From Verrucomicrobiaceae bacterium (GTDB lineage Bacteria; Verrucomicrobiota; Verrucomicrobiia; Verrucomicrobiales; Akkermansiaceae): DNA of 64,000 nucleotides. The stretch's first letter is position 1, and every line of letters starts with the position of its first letter. The stretch covers positions 32,001 through 96,000 of the forward strand of contig JBPOGH010000013.1 in the NCBI GenBank assembly GCA_051252135.1. The letters run 5' to 3'. Below the pieces are notes generated by a model. It had not been told where the DNA came from and did not search any database. It worked only from the letters and a program-made list of their open reading frames with translations. Shown piece after piece: positions 10,057 through 21,214 of this stretch. The position numbers and the translations under genes were made by a program.

Positions 10057-11462
10057 TTCGCCCACTCCGCTACCGGAGCCTTCCCCGGCTCCCGGTTATC
10101 CAGCCCCTTGAGCTTCTTGAACCCATCCCCCAGCTCCGCCCGCTTCTGATCCGCCAGCGCCTGCATCCGCGCCATCACTTCCGGATGCTCCGCACTCACA
10201 TCCCTCGTCTCGTTCCGGTCCGCCTCCAGATCAAACAACTCCAGCCCCACCGTCGGAAAAAGATACTTCCCCGGCAGCCCGTCCTTCCCCGGATGCGTCT
10301 TCTCGTCCCGCCACTTGTGAGGAAATTGCAGCTTCCACTTCCCCATCCGCATCGCCTCCAGATTCCCCCGACCATAAAAGAAAAAGTAAGCCTCCTGCAC
10401 CGACTCCTCCCGCTCTCCCGTCAGCACCTTCCACGCGTCCTTACCGTCGATCTCCTTCTCCGGCAGCGCCGCCCCAATCAAGCCCGCAATCGTTGGTAAC
10501 AAATCAATCGTCATCACCGGAGTCTTCACCACCGACCCCGCCTTTAGCCTCCCCGGAAATTTCATCACACAAGGCACCCGCACCCCGCCCTCCCAACTCG
10601 TCCCCTTGCTCCCCCGCAACCCACCCGTCACGCCCCCATGGTTCCCGTAAACCATCCACGGACCATTATCGCTCGTAAAGATCACCAGCGTCTTCTCCTC
10701 CACCCCCGCCTTCTCCAACGCCGCCAACACCTGCCCCGTCGACCAATCAATCTCCTGAATCACATCTCCATAAAGCCCGCCCTTCGACGACCCCTTCCGC
10801 TCCTCCGAAACATAAAGCGGCACATGCGGCTGCGGGTGCGCCAGATACAGAAAAAACGGCGTCTCTTTGTTCTTCTCAATAAACGCCACCGACCTCTCCG
10901 TCAGCGTCTTCGTCATCTCCGTCTGATCGGTCTCCCGTCTCACAATCTCCGCCCCCTCATAAACCGGCAGCTGGGGAAACTTCGCCTTAAAATGGACCGG
11001 CCCGCTCGGCCACATGTCATTCGAATAGGGATACCCGTGATACTCATCGAACCCCTGGTTCACTGGCAAAAAAGGCTCCTGATAGCCCAAATGCCACTTC
11101 CCAAACATCGCCGTCGCATACCCCACACTCTTGCAAACCTCCGCCAGCGTCGTCTCCTCCGGATTCAGCCCCGTCGTGCTCGCCGGAAAAAGCGCCCCAT
11201 GAATCCCCAACCGGTTCGCATAACACCCCGTCAGCAACGCACACCGCGATGCCGAGCACACCGCCTGCGCCACATAAAAATCGGTAAACTTCACCCCCTC
11301 CTGCGCAATCGAATCAATATGCGGCGTCTCCCACCCCTCCGCCCCAAAACACCCCACATCCCCATACCCCAGATCATCACAATAAATCAGCACCACATTC
11401 GGCTTCTCCACCCCGCTCAACCAGGTCGTCACCGCTAACAAAACTCCGAAAATCCGCTTCAT
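10053..11462 (-). CDS. Sulfatase (arylsulfatase A-like)
   Basis: NVVLIYCDDLGYGD, CSASRCALLTG, GKWHLG, SDNGPW. Confidence 0.95.
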   Translation of the reverse strand: MKRIFGVLLAVTTWLSGVEKPNVVLIYCDDLGYGDVGCFGAEGWETPHIDSIAQEGVKFTDFYVAQAVCSASRCALLTGCYANRLGIHGALFPASTTGLNPEETTLAEVCKSVGYATAMFGKWHLGYQEPFLPVNQGFDEYHGYPYSNDMWPSGPVHFKAKFPQLPVYEGAEIVRRETDQTEMTKTLTERSVAFIEKNKETPFFLYLAHPQPHVPLYVSEERKGSSKGGLYGDVIQEIDWSTGQVLAALEKAGVEEKTLVIFTSDNGPWMVYGNHGGVTGGLRGSKGTSWEGGVRVPCVMKFPGRLKAGSVVKTPVMTIDLLPTIAGLIGAALPEKEIDGKDAWKVLTGEREESVQEAYFFFYGRGNLEAMRMGKWKLQFPHKWRDEKTHPGKDGLPGKYLFPTVGLELFDLEADRNETRDVSAEHPEVMARMQALADQKRAELGDGFKKLKGLDNREPGKAPVAEWAK

Positions 11463-11558
11463 TTCGCAATCCTGACCAAAGAACATCCCTCTATCAATCC
11501 GCAAGAACACCCCAGTCTTGCCGTATCCTCACCATCCGCCATTCTTCTACCCAAGCCC

Positions 11559-13835
11559 ATGCGCAACTTCCTCTCGCTCATCTCCCTCTGCCTCGTTCTC
11601 CCTCTCCTCGCCCAGGATGAACTAAAAGAAGGACACTCCCATCAGGGCCACGCCTTCAACGAAGGCCCCCGCCAGGCCGGCCCCCTCCTCGGAAATACCG
11701 GAGAAGTCCACCTCCCCGTCACCACCACCTGGGACCAGGGACAGGCCTACTTCGACCAAGGCATCGGCCAACTCCACGGCTTCTGGTACTACGAAGCCGA
11801 ACGCTCTTTCCGCAACCTCCTCGCTCACGATCCCGCCTGCCCCATGGCCTACTGGGGCCTCGCCATGGCCAACTGGGAAAACGAAAAACGCGCCAAGGAG
11901 TTCATCACCAAAGGAAGCGAACTCCTCGAAAAAGCCACTCTCACCCCACTCGAAAAAGCCTACTTCAACGCCTACGCCAAATACTTCGGCGACAAACCCA
12001 AGGAAGCCCTCGAACGCCGCAAAGCCCTCCTCGCCGATCTCGAGAACATCATCCTCGACCACCCTCACGACCTCGAAGCCAAAGCCTTCTACGTCTGCCA
12101 CACCTGGCAGTTCAGCCGCAAGGGCATCAAGATCAACAGCCACATCGCCCTCGATGCCATCCTCGACCAGATCTTCCTCAAATCACCCCACCACCCCGCC
12201 CACCACTACTGCATCCACCTCTGGGACTACCGACGCCCCGCCGAAGCCCTCGGGTCCGCCGCCCGCCTCGGACAAACCGCCCCCGGCATCGCCCACATGT
12301 GGCACATGCCCGGCCACACCTACTCCAAGTCCAAGCGCTACCACGATGCCGCCTGGCAACAACAAGCCTCCGCCCGCGTCGACCACGCCCACATGATGGC
12401 CAACTTCCTCCTCCCCGACCAAATCCATAACTACGCCCACAACAATGGTTGGCTCTCCGAAAACTTCGCCTACCTCGGCAACGCCCAGGCCGCCGTCGAC
12501 ATGGCCAAATCCCTCCTCGCCAACCCCCGCCACCCTAAGCTCAACACCGAAAGCAAAGGCTCCCAAAAAGAAGGCCTCCAGCGCCTCACCCGCGCCCTCG
12601 AGGACTTCGAGCTCTGGCAGCAAGCCCTCGACCTCCAGGCCTCCGGCTGGCTCGAAAAATTCCCCGCCAACGAATCCCTCGACGCCCAACGCCTCCGCCT
12701 CGTCGGCCTCGCCCACTTCCACCTCGGCCAACAACAAGAACTCGCCGACACCATCACCCAACTCGAAGCCCACCTCACCCGCAAAGAAAAGGAAAAGAAA
12801 GAAGCCGAGGACAAAGCCCGCACCGAAGCCGAAGCCAAAATCAAAAAAGACGAAGCGCCCAAAGAAAAACCCAAGGACGCCAAAAACGACCCCGTCGCCA
12901 AAGCCGTCAAGGACGCCGGTAACCGCTTCAACGGCAGCATCAAAAACCTCAACAAACAGCTCAAACTCCTCCGCGGCTGCCACGCCCAATTATCCGGCGA
13001 CAAAAAAGCCGCCCTCGAATCCATCGCCAAATCCAACGCCCTCCCCGACCTCGGCCGCAAGCTCGCCCTCGGCGCCCCCAGCGAGGACCTCCTCCCCGAA
13101 GTCGAAAAACACCTCACCTCCGGCACCAAGCAAGCCGTCCCCCTCGCCAACGCCATCCACCTCGCCCACCAACTCGGCAAAAATAATCAGGCCCGCAAGG
13201 CCTTCGACGAACTCCGCACCTTCTCCTCCCAGATCGACCTCACCGCCCCCCCCTTCGCCCGCCTCGCCCCCCTCGCCAAGGATTTCGCCTACCCCGCCGA
13301 CTGGCGCCTCCCCCACACTCCCGCCACCGACCTCCTCCCTAGACCGAGCCTCGACTCCCTCGGCCCCCTCCACTGGACCCCACCCGCCGCTCCCGACTTC
13401 AACCTCCCCGACCAACACGGCAAAAACCTCGCCCTCACCTCCCAAAAAGGAAAACCCTTCATCCTCGTCTTCTACCTCGGCGCCGGCTGCCTCCACTGCA
13501 CCGAACAACTCACCGCCATGGCCGACCGCTACCCCGACTTCCAAAAGGCCAAGCTCCCCATCCTCGCCATCTCCACCGATCCCGTCGACCAACTCAAGGA
13601 ATCCCAGGATAACTACACCAAAGGCACCATCCCCTTCCCCATCGTTTCAAATTCCGCCAAAGACATCTTCAAAGCCTACACCGCCCACGATGACTTCGAG
13701 GACCAACCCCTCCACGGCACCTTCATCATCGACCCCTCCGGCCGCATCCTCTGGCAGGACATCTCCGCCGACCCCTTCATGGACCTCGACTTCCTCATCA
13801 AAGAAGGCCAGCGCATGCTCAAAATCCACCGCTAG
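11559..13835 (+). CDS. Secreted TPR-like protein with C-terminal AhpC/TSA (redoxin) domain
   Basis: Signal peptide; His-rich helical region (HHYCIHLWD, AHMWHMPGH); C-terminal APDFNLPD...FYLGAGCLHC...HGTFIIDPSG. Confidence 0.8.
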   Translation: MRNFLSLISLCLVLPLLAQDELKEGHSHQGHAFNEGPRQAGPLLGNTGEVHLPVTTTWDQGQAYFDQGIGQLHGFWYYEAERSFRNLLAHDPACPMAYWGLAMANWENEKRAKEFITKGSELLEKATLTPLEKAYFNAYAKYFGDKPKEALERRKALLADLENIILDHPHDLEAKAFYVCHTWQFSRKGIKINSHIALDAILDQIFLKSPHHPAHHYCIHLWDYRRPAEALGSAARLGQTAPGIAHMWHMPGHTYSKSKRYHDAAWQQQASARVDHAHMMANFLLPDQIHNYAHNNGWLSENFAYLGNAQAAVDMAKSLLANPRHPKLNTESKGSQKEGLQRLTRALEDFELWQQALDLQASGWLEKFPANESLDAQRLRLVGLAHFHLGQQQELADTITQLEAHLTRKEKEKKEAEDKARTEAEAKIKKDEAPKEKPKDAKNDPVAKAVKDAGNRFNGSIKNLNKQLKLLRGCHAQLSGDKKAALESIAKSNALPDLGRKLALGAPSEDLLPEVEKHLTSGTKQAVPLANAIHLAHQLGKNNQARKAFDELRTFSSQIDLTAPPFARLAPLAKDFAYPADWRLPHTPATDLLPRPSLDSLGPLHWTPPAAPDFNLPDQHGKNLALTSQKGKPFILVFYLGAGCLHCTEQLTAMADRYPDFQKAKLPILAISTDPVDQLKESQDNYTKGTIPFPIVSNSAKDIFKAYTAHDDFEDQPLHGTFIIDPSGRILWQDISADPFMDLDFLIKEGQRMLKIHR

Positions 13836-13889
13836 GTGCCAAGACAACCTCCACCGTTGTCGCTTCCACGACCTAACAAAGAGGCCATC

Positions 13890-14258
13890 CTACTCTCCGA
13901 GTTCCTTGCGGAAATCGTTCCGCACCTTCCGCTCCGCCAGGTCAATGTAAAGTGCCGCATTGGGATCACCCGCCGCCGCATCATATCCCTTGTCGTAGCT
14001 GAACAAGTGCTTCGGAAAATACTCCACGTACTTCTCCCGCTCCTGACTCGTCAGACGACCCCACACCGCAAAGTTCACTGAGCGCGCAAGCTTCTGCTTC
14101 ATCTTCAGCGTAAGCTTCCGCCCCTTGCGGGACTTCTGCACCTGCTTGTGGGTCAGTTGCTCCGGGGAAATCTCCACCACCTGATGGTTCGTTAAATTCC
14201 AACCGGTCAGGATGGCGTCCAGTGGCTGGACGCCGAAGTCGCGTTCTTCTGTGCTCAT
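13890..14258 (-). CDS. Conserved hypothetical protein (122 aa)
   Basis: Clean ORF abutting the desaturase stop; EQLTHKQVQKSRKGRKLT suggests a basic helical protein. Confidence 0.7.
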   Translation of the reverse strand: MSTEERDFGVQPLDAILTGWNLTNHQVVEISPEQLTHKQVQKSRKGRKLTLKMKQKLARSVNFAVWGRLTSQEREKYVEYFPKHLFSYDKGYDAAAGDPNAALYIDLAERKVRNDFRKELGE

Positions 14259-15365
14259 TTATGCGGGGAGGAGACGAAGATCTCCAAGCTGGTCGATCAG
14301 GTCTCGGGTTTCCTTGCGCCAGCGCTTCACGTTCTCACGGGAGGTCTCGATCTGCTCGGTCACCATCTTCTCGATCTCCTCGAGATTCTTCGAAAGCTGG
14401 TCAATCATCCCGTTGATCTTGGCAACGGCCTGATCACAGAGTGAACCCTGCTCGGAAAGCTCCGCAATCCGCTGCTCGGCCTTACGCTGCGCCTCCCGCA
14501 TCTCGGCAGCCACGATCTTATTCGTAGGCACCCGGCGGAGGTCGGAAACAAGACCCATCTTCTCAAGCGCAATGATCGACCACTTCGTGGGATCAAAATT
14601 CCAAACCTTCACGCCGTTGCGGTAATCGTGCTGAAACTCGTGGTGGTAGTTGTGATAACCCTCACCGTAGGTCACCAGCGCCATGATCCAGCTGTCACGG
14701 GCGGAGCAGCGGGTCGAATAAGGCTGGTCGCCAATCATGTGGCAGAGGGAGTTGATGAAGAACGTGCACTGCTGCACCAGCACCACCCGCAGAGCACCCA
14801 CAACCAAAAAGCCGGCCCAGGCACCAATCGCACCACCTTCGATGTATCCGATGGCCGCCGGAAGAATCAAACCCACCACAAAGGCCACCAACACATAGAA
14901 CCGGTCCTGAAGGCGCACCAACACATCACGGCGAAGGTCCTTCACATTATCAATCGGCTGCTCGGCATCCAGCTTGAACAAAATCCAGCCAATGTGCGCC
15001 CAAAAGAAACCCTTCGAAATATCATACGGATCCTCATCTTCATCCACGTGCTTGTGGTGACGACGGTGATCGGAGGCCCAGTGAATCACCGAGTTCTCAA
15101 ACGCGCACGCCCCAAAGACCAACGTCGCCAGACGAACCGGCCACTTCGCTTTGAAGGAAAGATGGGAAAACAAACGGTGGTAGCCCAGCGTGATGCTCAG
15201 CCCGGTCGCAATCATGTAGAAGGCGAACATCCCCCACATCAAGGGGCTCACCTCGCTAAAATTAAAAAAGAGGAAAATCGGCGCGGCAATGATGCCCACC
15301 GTTGTGATCACAAACAAAAAAGAGGTGTTAACCCAATTGACGCGATGGAAAGGAATACGATTCAT
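14259..15365 (-). CDS. Membrane fatty-acid (acyl-CoA delta-9-like) desaturase
   Basis: Three His boxes HRLFSH, HRRHH and GEGYHNYHH; TM segments; C-terminal coiled coil. Confidence 0.93.
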   Translation of the reverse strand: MNRIPFHRVNWVNTSFLFVITTVGIIAAPIFLFFNFSEVSPLMWGMFAFYMIATGLSITLGYHRLFSHLSFKAKWPVRLATLVFGACAFENSVIHWASDHRRHHKHVDEDEDPYDISKGFFWAHIGWILFKLDAEQPIDNVKDLRRDVLVRLQDRFYVLVAFVVGLILPAAIGYIEGGAIGAWAGFLVVGALRVVLVQQCTFFINSLCHMIGDQPYSTRCSARDSWIMALVTYGEGYHNYHHEFQHDYRNGVKVWNFDPTKWSIIALEKMGLVSDLRRVPTNKIVAAEMREAQRKAEQRIAELSEQGSLCDQAVAKINGMIDQLSKNLEEIEKMVTEQIETSRENVKRWRKETRDLIDQLGDLRLLPA

Positions 15366-15510
15366 AATCAAAGACAATGGTTTTGGAACTGAAGAAGAAA
15401 CAACAACACGTTTCCCCCTCGGGTCGGTAGCCTAACTTCCCACAATCCGAAACACCAGCCTGAAATATTCCACCCCCTTTCCCTCTTCCCGGCCTTCCCG
15501 CCCGCTCCCA

Positions 15511-18447
15511 TCAGGGAATTCGCTGTCCGTAAACCGTCACGGTATCCACGCCAACCCCCTCATCATCAAGGGAATACGCCGCACCATTCCCGTCCTGAAG
15601 TCGCAAGCGCAGGTCCCACTTGTCTCCAATCTGAAGCACTTTCCCGTTAATCGGGTAGGTAAGCGTAAAATTGACCACCGCACTCCCACCCGCCGTGCTC
15701 ACCATCGTCTGCCTCGGCGACACAATCCCCGGACTATCCAACGCCCCGTTCAGCCACGCCACCAGGTCCGCACTCACCTCCGTCAACGCTCCCGCAGTCC
15801 GATTCGTCCACAGCGTCCCCGAGTAAACCACCCGCGTCACCGTAATCGCTTCCGCCGCGATAACCGCCGTCTGAATCTGGGTCCCAATCGCCGCCGCCTG
15901 CAGCTGCGCCCCGCTCCAGGCCACTACCGGGTCATCAAAACCAAACACCCCCGCACCCGAAATCACCCCGGAGTTCCCTCCCGAAAAAGTCGCGTCCAGC
16001 GGATTCGCCAAAGTCGATAAGCTCACCGGCGCCAACGATCCCCCCCGAAAGGTCCAGATCGCCAGTGGCTCCTCCCCATTCTTCTCCCCCGCAATCCGAA
16101 AAAATCCCTTCTCGGAATCAAACGCGGTATCCTCCAATCGCAAAATATAATCCGTCGCCTCACCCGCCGGCGTCCCATACACTTCCTCCACCAGCGTCCC
16201 CTGGGTCGCCTCCACCCCGCCACTCACCGTAAACACCGACGCAAACGGCGTCGCGAGATCGGGCGAGTACTCCACCGCCAACCCCTCATCACCCGTCGCC
16301 TGCCTGCTTGAAAATCGCAGCAGCGCCCGTGGCGGCGACACCTCATCATCAAACTCCAACCTCAAGTCATCCGGATTGAGATAGTCCAAAAAGTCCGCCT
16401 TTCCATTCCCCGTCGCATCCTCATTCAGCAACGCCGTCCCCCCGGGAGGAACCGTCAGCGTATCCTCCAACCGCGAACCGTAAGCCGATGCCGTCTTGAA
16501 CCGAAACGCAAACGCCGCCTCGCGAACCCAACGCACCACCCGACTCGTCCCGTTGTCGTCATACTTCGCCCAACCCTGATCCCACGTGATCGAATAATGC
16601 GTGTCCGGCTGCAGCGGAGGAAAATCTTGAAACACCATCGACGTCGTTCCCTGCGCCACATGCGAGGCATCCGGATCGGACTCCCACAAGATCGCCGGGT
16701 CCCCGTACCGTTGCAGCCGAATCTTCAACCCCGCCGTCCCATTGAAATCAACCGCCCCCGCAAACTCGAAGCTCAGCTTCGTATCCAGCGGCACCCCGCT
16801 CGCCATGTATTCGGGAGTCGAACCCACCAGCCCGTCCATGATCCGGTCATACCCCCAGCCACGATGCTTCGTTCCCGCCGGCAAATTCCAAACCGACCCA
16901 CCGGGATTCGCCGACCCCGGAGGAGGATTCGCCGCAAAATGCGCCTCCCACTGACTCACCAACCCACTCAACCGCCCCGGATGCTTCCCCGCCAAATTGC
17001 GAATTTCCGCCGGATCGTTCACCTGGTCATACAGCTCCCACGGCCCGTCCGTATATCGAACCGCCTTCCACCCGTCATCCATCAGGGCCTTCGACCGCGT
17101 CTCGTAATGGCTGATGAAAAAATCACTCCCCGCCCCGGAACTCGCATCCGTAAACAGCGGCACAATGCTCTCCCCCATCAACGGCTTCGTCACCTTCCCG
17201 CCATAACTCGACGGATAGCTCGCTCCCGCCAACTCCAAAAAGGTCGGGTAGAAGTCCCACAAATTGGACGTCTGATGCAGAATCGACCCGCCCGGCAGCG
17301 TGATCCCGTCCGGCCAATGCGCCACGAACGGACTGCGAATCCCCCCGTTGTAACCCGAGTGCTTGTAGGATCGAAAAGGCGTATTTTGCAAAGCGCCCCA
17401 ACCGTAATTGGTGTTAAAATTGGCATTCGAAGCACGGTCCCACGGCAGCGCATTCCGGTCCGTATACTGCCCCGCATACGCCCCGCCATTGTCCGAACAA
17501 AAAATGATGAGCGTGTCATCCAGCACCGAGTCATCCGTCGCCGGATTCCCGTCCGGATCCTCCAAATGCGCGATCAGTCGACCCACGTTCTGATCCACCT
17601 TGTCCATCATCGCCGCATAAGCCGACATGCACAGCGTCTCAAAGTCCTTCTGCAACGCCCACGCATCCGATGACGTCTCGGGCAACGAATCCCACTTCGG
17701 CACTTCCACCCCGTAATCCGCCAGCGGCATCTCCGCCGGCACAATCCCCATCGCCTTCTGCCGCGCCAACCGGTCCTTCCTCAGCTGATCCCAACCCGCA
17801 TCATAAACCCCGTTGTCGTAATATTTTCGTACCTCCGCTTCCGGCGCCTGCAGCTTCCCGTGCGGCGCATTGTAACACACCCACGTAAAAAACGGCTTAT
17901 TCAGCGTCACCGCCTCATCAATAAAATCGATCGCGTAATCCGTGATCGCATCAGTCGCATAAAAGTCCGGCCCAAAACCCGTAAAGTCCTGATCATCCAA
18001 ACGCCACGTCCCATCTCCCGAAAAGTTATCCGTCGCCCCACCCCGAAACCCAAAGAACCGCTCAAACCCGTAATCCGTGTTCGCGTTCCCCGTCGAAATA
18101 TTGCTGATCGCATGGCTCTTCCCCGCCAGGCTCGTGTGATACCCCGCATCCCGCAGCAGATGGGCAAACGACACCCCCTTCGAAATGTTGGAGTATCCCG
18201 CCGCACTGTACTCCATCCCCGCCAGCAAACTCGCCCGCGACGTCACACACATCGGCGTGACATGAAAGTTCGTCAGCCGCAATCCCCCGTCCGCCAGGCT
18301 GTCAATATGCGGCGTCTCAATCTCGCCCCCGTAACACCCAATGTCCGAGTAGCCCATGTCGTCCACAAACAGGAAGACGATGTTCGGCTGCGTCGCCAGC
18401 AACGGGCCCGCCCCCATCAGGAACGTCGCAAAAAGTGGATTTTTCAT
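15511..18447 (-). CDS. Arylsulfatase with C-terminal Ig-like/extracellular domains
   Basis: NIVFLFVDDMGYSD, CVTSRASLLAG, SDNGG; ~400-aa C-terminal extension. Confidence 0.9.
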   Translation of the reverse strand: MKNPLFATFLMGAGPLLATQPNIVFLFVDDMGYSDIGCYGGEIETPHIDSLADGGLRLTNFHVTPMCVTSRASLLAGMEYSAAGYSNISKGVSFAHLLRDAGYHTSLAGKSHAISNISTGNANTDYGFERFFGFRGGATDNFSGDGTWRLDDQDFTGFGPDFYATDAITDYAIDFIDEAVTLNKPFFTWVCYNAPHGKLQAPEAEVRKYYDNGVYDAGWDQLRKDRLARQKAMGIVPAEMPLADYGVEVPKWDSLPETSSDAWALQKDFETLCMSAYAAMMDKVDQNVGRLIAHLEDPDGNPATDDSVLDDTLIIFCSDNGGAYAGQYTDRNALPWDRASNANFNTNYGWGALQNTPFRSYKHSGYNGGIRSPFVAHWPDGITLPGGSILHQTSNLWDFYPTFLELAGASYPSSYGGKVTKPLMGESIVPLFTDASSGAGSDFFISHYETRSKALMDDGWKAVRYTDGPWELYDQVNDPAEIRNLAGKHPGRLSGLVSQWEAHFAANPPPGSANPGGSVWNLPAGTKHRGWGYDRIMDGLVGSTPEYMASGVPLDTKLSFEFAGAVDFNGTAGLKIRLQRYGDPAILWESDPDASHVAQGTTSMVFQDFPPLQPDTHYSITWDQGWAKYDDNGTSRVVRWVREAAFAFRFKTASAYGSRLEDTLTVPPGGTALLNEDATGNGKADFLDYLNPDDLRLEFDDEVSPPRALLRFSSRQATGDEGLAVEYSPDLATPFASVFTVSGGVEATQGTLVEEVYGTPAGEATDYILRLEDTAFDSEKGFFRIAGEKNGEEPLAIWTFRGGSLAPVSLSTLANPLDATFSGGNSGVISGAGVFGFDDPVVAWSGAQLQAAAIGTQIQTAVIAAEAITVTRVVYSGTLWTNRTAGALTEVSADLVAWLNGALDSPGIVSPRQTMVSTAGGSAVVNFTLTYPINGKVLQIGDKWDLRLRLQDGNGAAYSLDDEGVGVDTVTVYGQRIP

Positions 18448-18536
18448 AGGTGTCAGGGCCAAATCGGTCGAAATCGCCAGATACGTAACGTTTCTTATTC
18501 TCGCCCTCTTGTCCAACTCCAATTCAATTCGCCCCC

Positions 18537-20525
18537 TCACTTCTGCGGCCAGGCCATCAAGACCTTCCCCTCTTCACTCAGCAGCCGCAGCTTGGAAATC
18601 ACCGCACTCCCCGGCCCATCCCCAAGATCGAGGCGCAACTGATGAAGCCGTTCTTTCGTCCTCAAGGGCACCGTAACCAATGACGGCCTCTTCCCCGTCT
18701 GCACCGGAAAAATGACGTTCATCCCCTTCGGCAAGATCGTCTGCGCACTCGTCGTAAAAAACACCTCACCCTGACTCGCGGTCTCACTCACCAGCTGAAA
18801 CTCCAGCCGATACGGCCCGCCCGCCAGATCACTCCCCCGCAAGTCCATCGCAATCCCCGGGTCCTCCCCGTCAAAGCGCAGACGCAGCTCGTCCCCCACC
18901 ACCTTCAGCACCGTATTCTTCCGCGCCCGAATCCCCACCGGCCCCTTCGCCTTCTTCCGCTTCACTCCCCCCTTTCTCAAATACTCCTCCGGCGTTTTCG
19001 CTTCAAAAAACGTCCACTCCGGATGCCGGTGCGGCGGCCCGCTCTCCTTCACCGGAGCATAAGCCTGCGGCTGGGCATGCAACACGTCCTTCGCCATCGC
19101 CGTCCACGTCGCCACCATCTTCTCCAATCGCTCCGGCTCCTGCGCCGCCAAATCATTCGTCTCCGCCCGATCGTCCGCCAAATTGTAAAGCTCCCACGCC
19201 TCACTCTGAAAACTCACCAGCTTCCAGTCCCCCTCCCGCAACCCGCGATCTTTCGCAAAAAGGAAATGCAAAGGCCCCCTCTCCCCCAGCGATCCCCCGT
19301 CCAATATCGGCTTCAGCGACACCCCCGATACCGCCCGCAACTCACGCCCCTCCCACGCTTTCGGAATCTCACTCCCCGTCACCTCCGCCAGCGTCGGCAA
19401 CACATCGATCAAATGCGCCGGCTCATGAACAATCCCCCCCTTCGCCACCTTCAACCCCTTCGGCCAATGCACAATCGCCGGCGTCGAAATCCCACCCTCA
19501 TATTGATTCTGCTTATAAAAACGAAACGGACTGTTCCGCGCCCACGACCACCCCGTCGAATCCCCTAAAAACACCGACCCGTTCGTCGGCTCCACATTCA
19601 GGAGCGGCGTCCTCCGGTCATACGGACACGCCCCGTTGTCCGAGACAAAAAGGATGAGCGTATTCTCAAACTCCCCGTTCTTTTTCAAATCCGCCACCAG
19701 CCGACCCACCTCCTGATCCACCCGATCAATCATCGCCGCCAGCGTCACCATCCGGTTCGCCTCATAATCCCGCTTCCATGGCTCCATCCCCGCCCACGCC
19801 GCCACATGCTCCGGCCGCGGACTCGGCGTCAGCCCCTCATCCAAAATCCCCAGCTTCTTCTGCTTCGCAATCCGCGCCTCCCGCACCACATCCCACCCCT
19901 CGGTGTAGCGCCCCTTGTATTTCGCATAATCCTCCGGCAGCGCATGCAGCGGCTCATGCGGCGCATTGAAGGCGACATACAAATACCACGGCTTCTTCGT
20001 CTCCCGCGCCTCTTCCAGAAACTCCAGCGCATAATCCACCGCCGCCACCGTCGTATAAAATCCCTCCTTCGGCACCTCCCACTTCTCCCCGTTCAACCGA
20101 AACGTCCCGTCCCCCAGGAAAAAATTCGTCGCCCCACTCAGGTGCCCAAAATACCGCTCAAACCCAAAGTCCGTCGGCTCTTTCTTCAAGTGCCACTTCC
20201 CCGTCATCGCCGTAAAGTATCCCGCCTCTTTCAGAACTTCAGCCGACGTCACCCCGTGCGTCAGCGCCTCATCCCCCGCCGCAATGCAATACTGCCCCGT
20301 CAGCAGCGACACCCGCGACGAATGACACTTCGCCGTGTTGTAGAACTGCGAAAACCGCATCCCGCCCGCTGCCAGCGCATCCAGATTCGGCGTCTCAATC
20401 TCCCCCCCGTAACACCCGATATCCGAAAACCCCAGATCATCCACCATCATCACCACCACGTTCGGCCGCTCGCCCGCCACCAGCGATTGCGCCACCACCA
20501 ACACCCCGAGTAAGAAAGCCCTCAT
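18537..20525 (-). CDS. Arylsulfatase with C-terminal extension
   Basis: NVVVMMVDDLGFSD, CHSSRVSLLTG, GKWHL, SDNGA. Confidence 0.93.
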   Translation of the reverse strand: MRAFLLGVLVVAQSLVAGERPNVVVMMVDDLGFSDIGCYGGEIETPNLDALAAGGMRFSQFYNTAKCHSSRVSLLTGQYCIAAGDEALTHGVTSAEVLKEAGYFTAMTGKWHLKKEPTDFGFERYFGHLSGATNFFLGDGTFRLNGEKWEVPKEGFYTTVAAVDYALEFLEEARETKKPWYLYVAFNAPHEPLHALPEDYAKYKGRYTEGWDVVREARIAKQKKLGILDEGLTPSPRPEHVAAWAGMEPWKRDYEANRMVTLAAMIDRVDQEVGRLVADLKKNGEFENTLILFVSDNGACPYDRRTPLLNVEPTNGSVFLGDSTGWSWARNSPFRFYKQNQYEGGISTPAIVHWPKGLKVAKGGIVHEPAHLIDVLPTLAEVTGSEIPKAWEGRELRAVSGVSLKPILDGGSLGERGPLHFLFAKDRGLREGDWKLVSFQSEAWELYNLADDRAETNDLAAQEPERLEKMVATWTAMAKDVLHAQPQAYAPVKESGPPHRHPEWTFFEAKTPEEYLRKGGVKRKKAKGPVGIRARKNTVLKVVGDELRLRFDGEDPGIAMDLRGSDLAGGPYRLEFQLVSETASQGEVFFTTSAQTILPKGMNVIFPVQTGKRPSLVTVPLRTKERLHQLRLDLGDGPGSAVISKLRLLSEEGKVLMAWPQK

Positions 20526-20581
20526 GGAGCAAAACCATAAGGCCCATTCTCACCCCATCAAGGACTCAAAAAGCCCCCGCC

Positions 20582-21151
20582 TCACTTCCAGGCCGATATC
20601 GACTTCACCTCCATCTCAAACTTCCCCGCATTCTTATCCGCCAAAATAATCCCCGCTCCCTCAATCTTCGCCGGGTCAAAAGCCGTCTTCAGCGTCATCC
20701 CGCGCCACCCCGCCTTCAGCTCCGCGAACGGAACCCGCACCGTCTTCCACTCCCCCTTCACCGTCGGCACTTCCGCCTGAAAGGACACCGGCGACCCCCG
20801 GAATCGCTCATCCGTTGTCAGCCGCAAATTATAGCTCCGCCCATCCCCCTTCACCTTCAGCTCAAGCCCCTTCCAGCCCTCCAGATTCCACTCCCCGATA
20901 TCCATCCGAAACGACGAAAACCCACCGTTGTTCTCCAGCGATAAGGTCCCCCAAAACTTCAACACCCCCTCATCCGTCTTCTCCATCTTCCCCTTCGACA
21001 ATCCGCCCATCACCCCGTCATCCGTGATCCCCATCGAAATCCCCGGCTGCTCCTTCCCAAAATCAACCAACTCCTTCGTCTCCCCCTGCACCGACACCGC
21101 CCCGGCCACCATCAATCCCATCACCTTCAACGAAGGCCCCATCGTCATCAT
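20582..21151 (-). CDS. CIA30 / NDUFAF1 family protein
   Basis: DDGVMGGLS, GTLSLENNGGFSS, VKGDGRSY motifs; start codon uncertain (21142-21196). Confidence 0.88.
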   Translation of the reverse strand: MMTMGPSLKVMGLMVAGAVSVQGETKELVDFGKEQPGISMGITDDGVMGGLSKGKMEKTDEGVLKFWGTLSLENNGGFSSFRMDIGEWNLEGWKGLELKVKGDGRSYNLRLTTDERFRGSPVSFQAEVPTVKGEWKTVRVPFAELKAGWRGMTLKTAFDPAKIEGAGIILADKNAGKFEMEVKSISAWK

Positions 21152-21214
21152 TTTTCCAAACATCAATGACCGTAACCCCAATCCGCCCCACCGCATCCAC
21201 TTTCTAACCCGACC

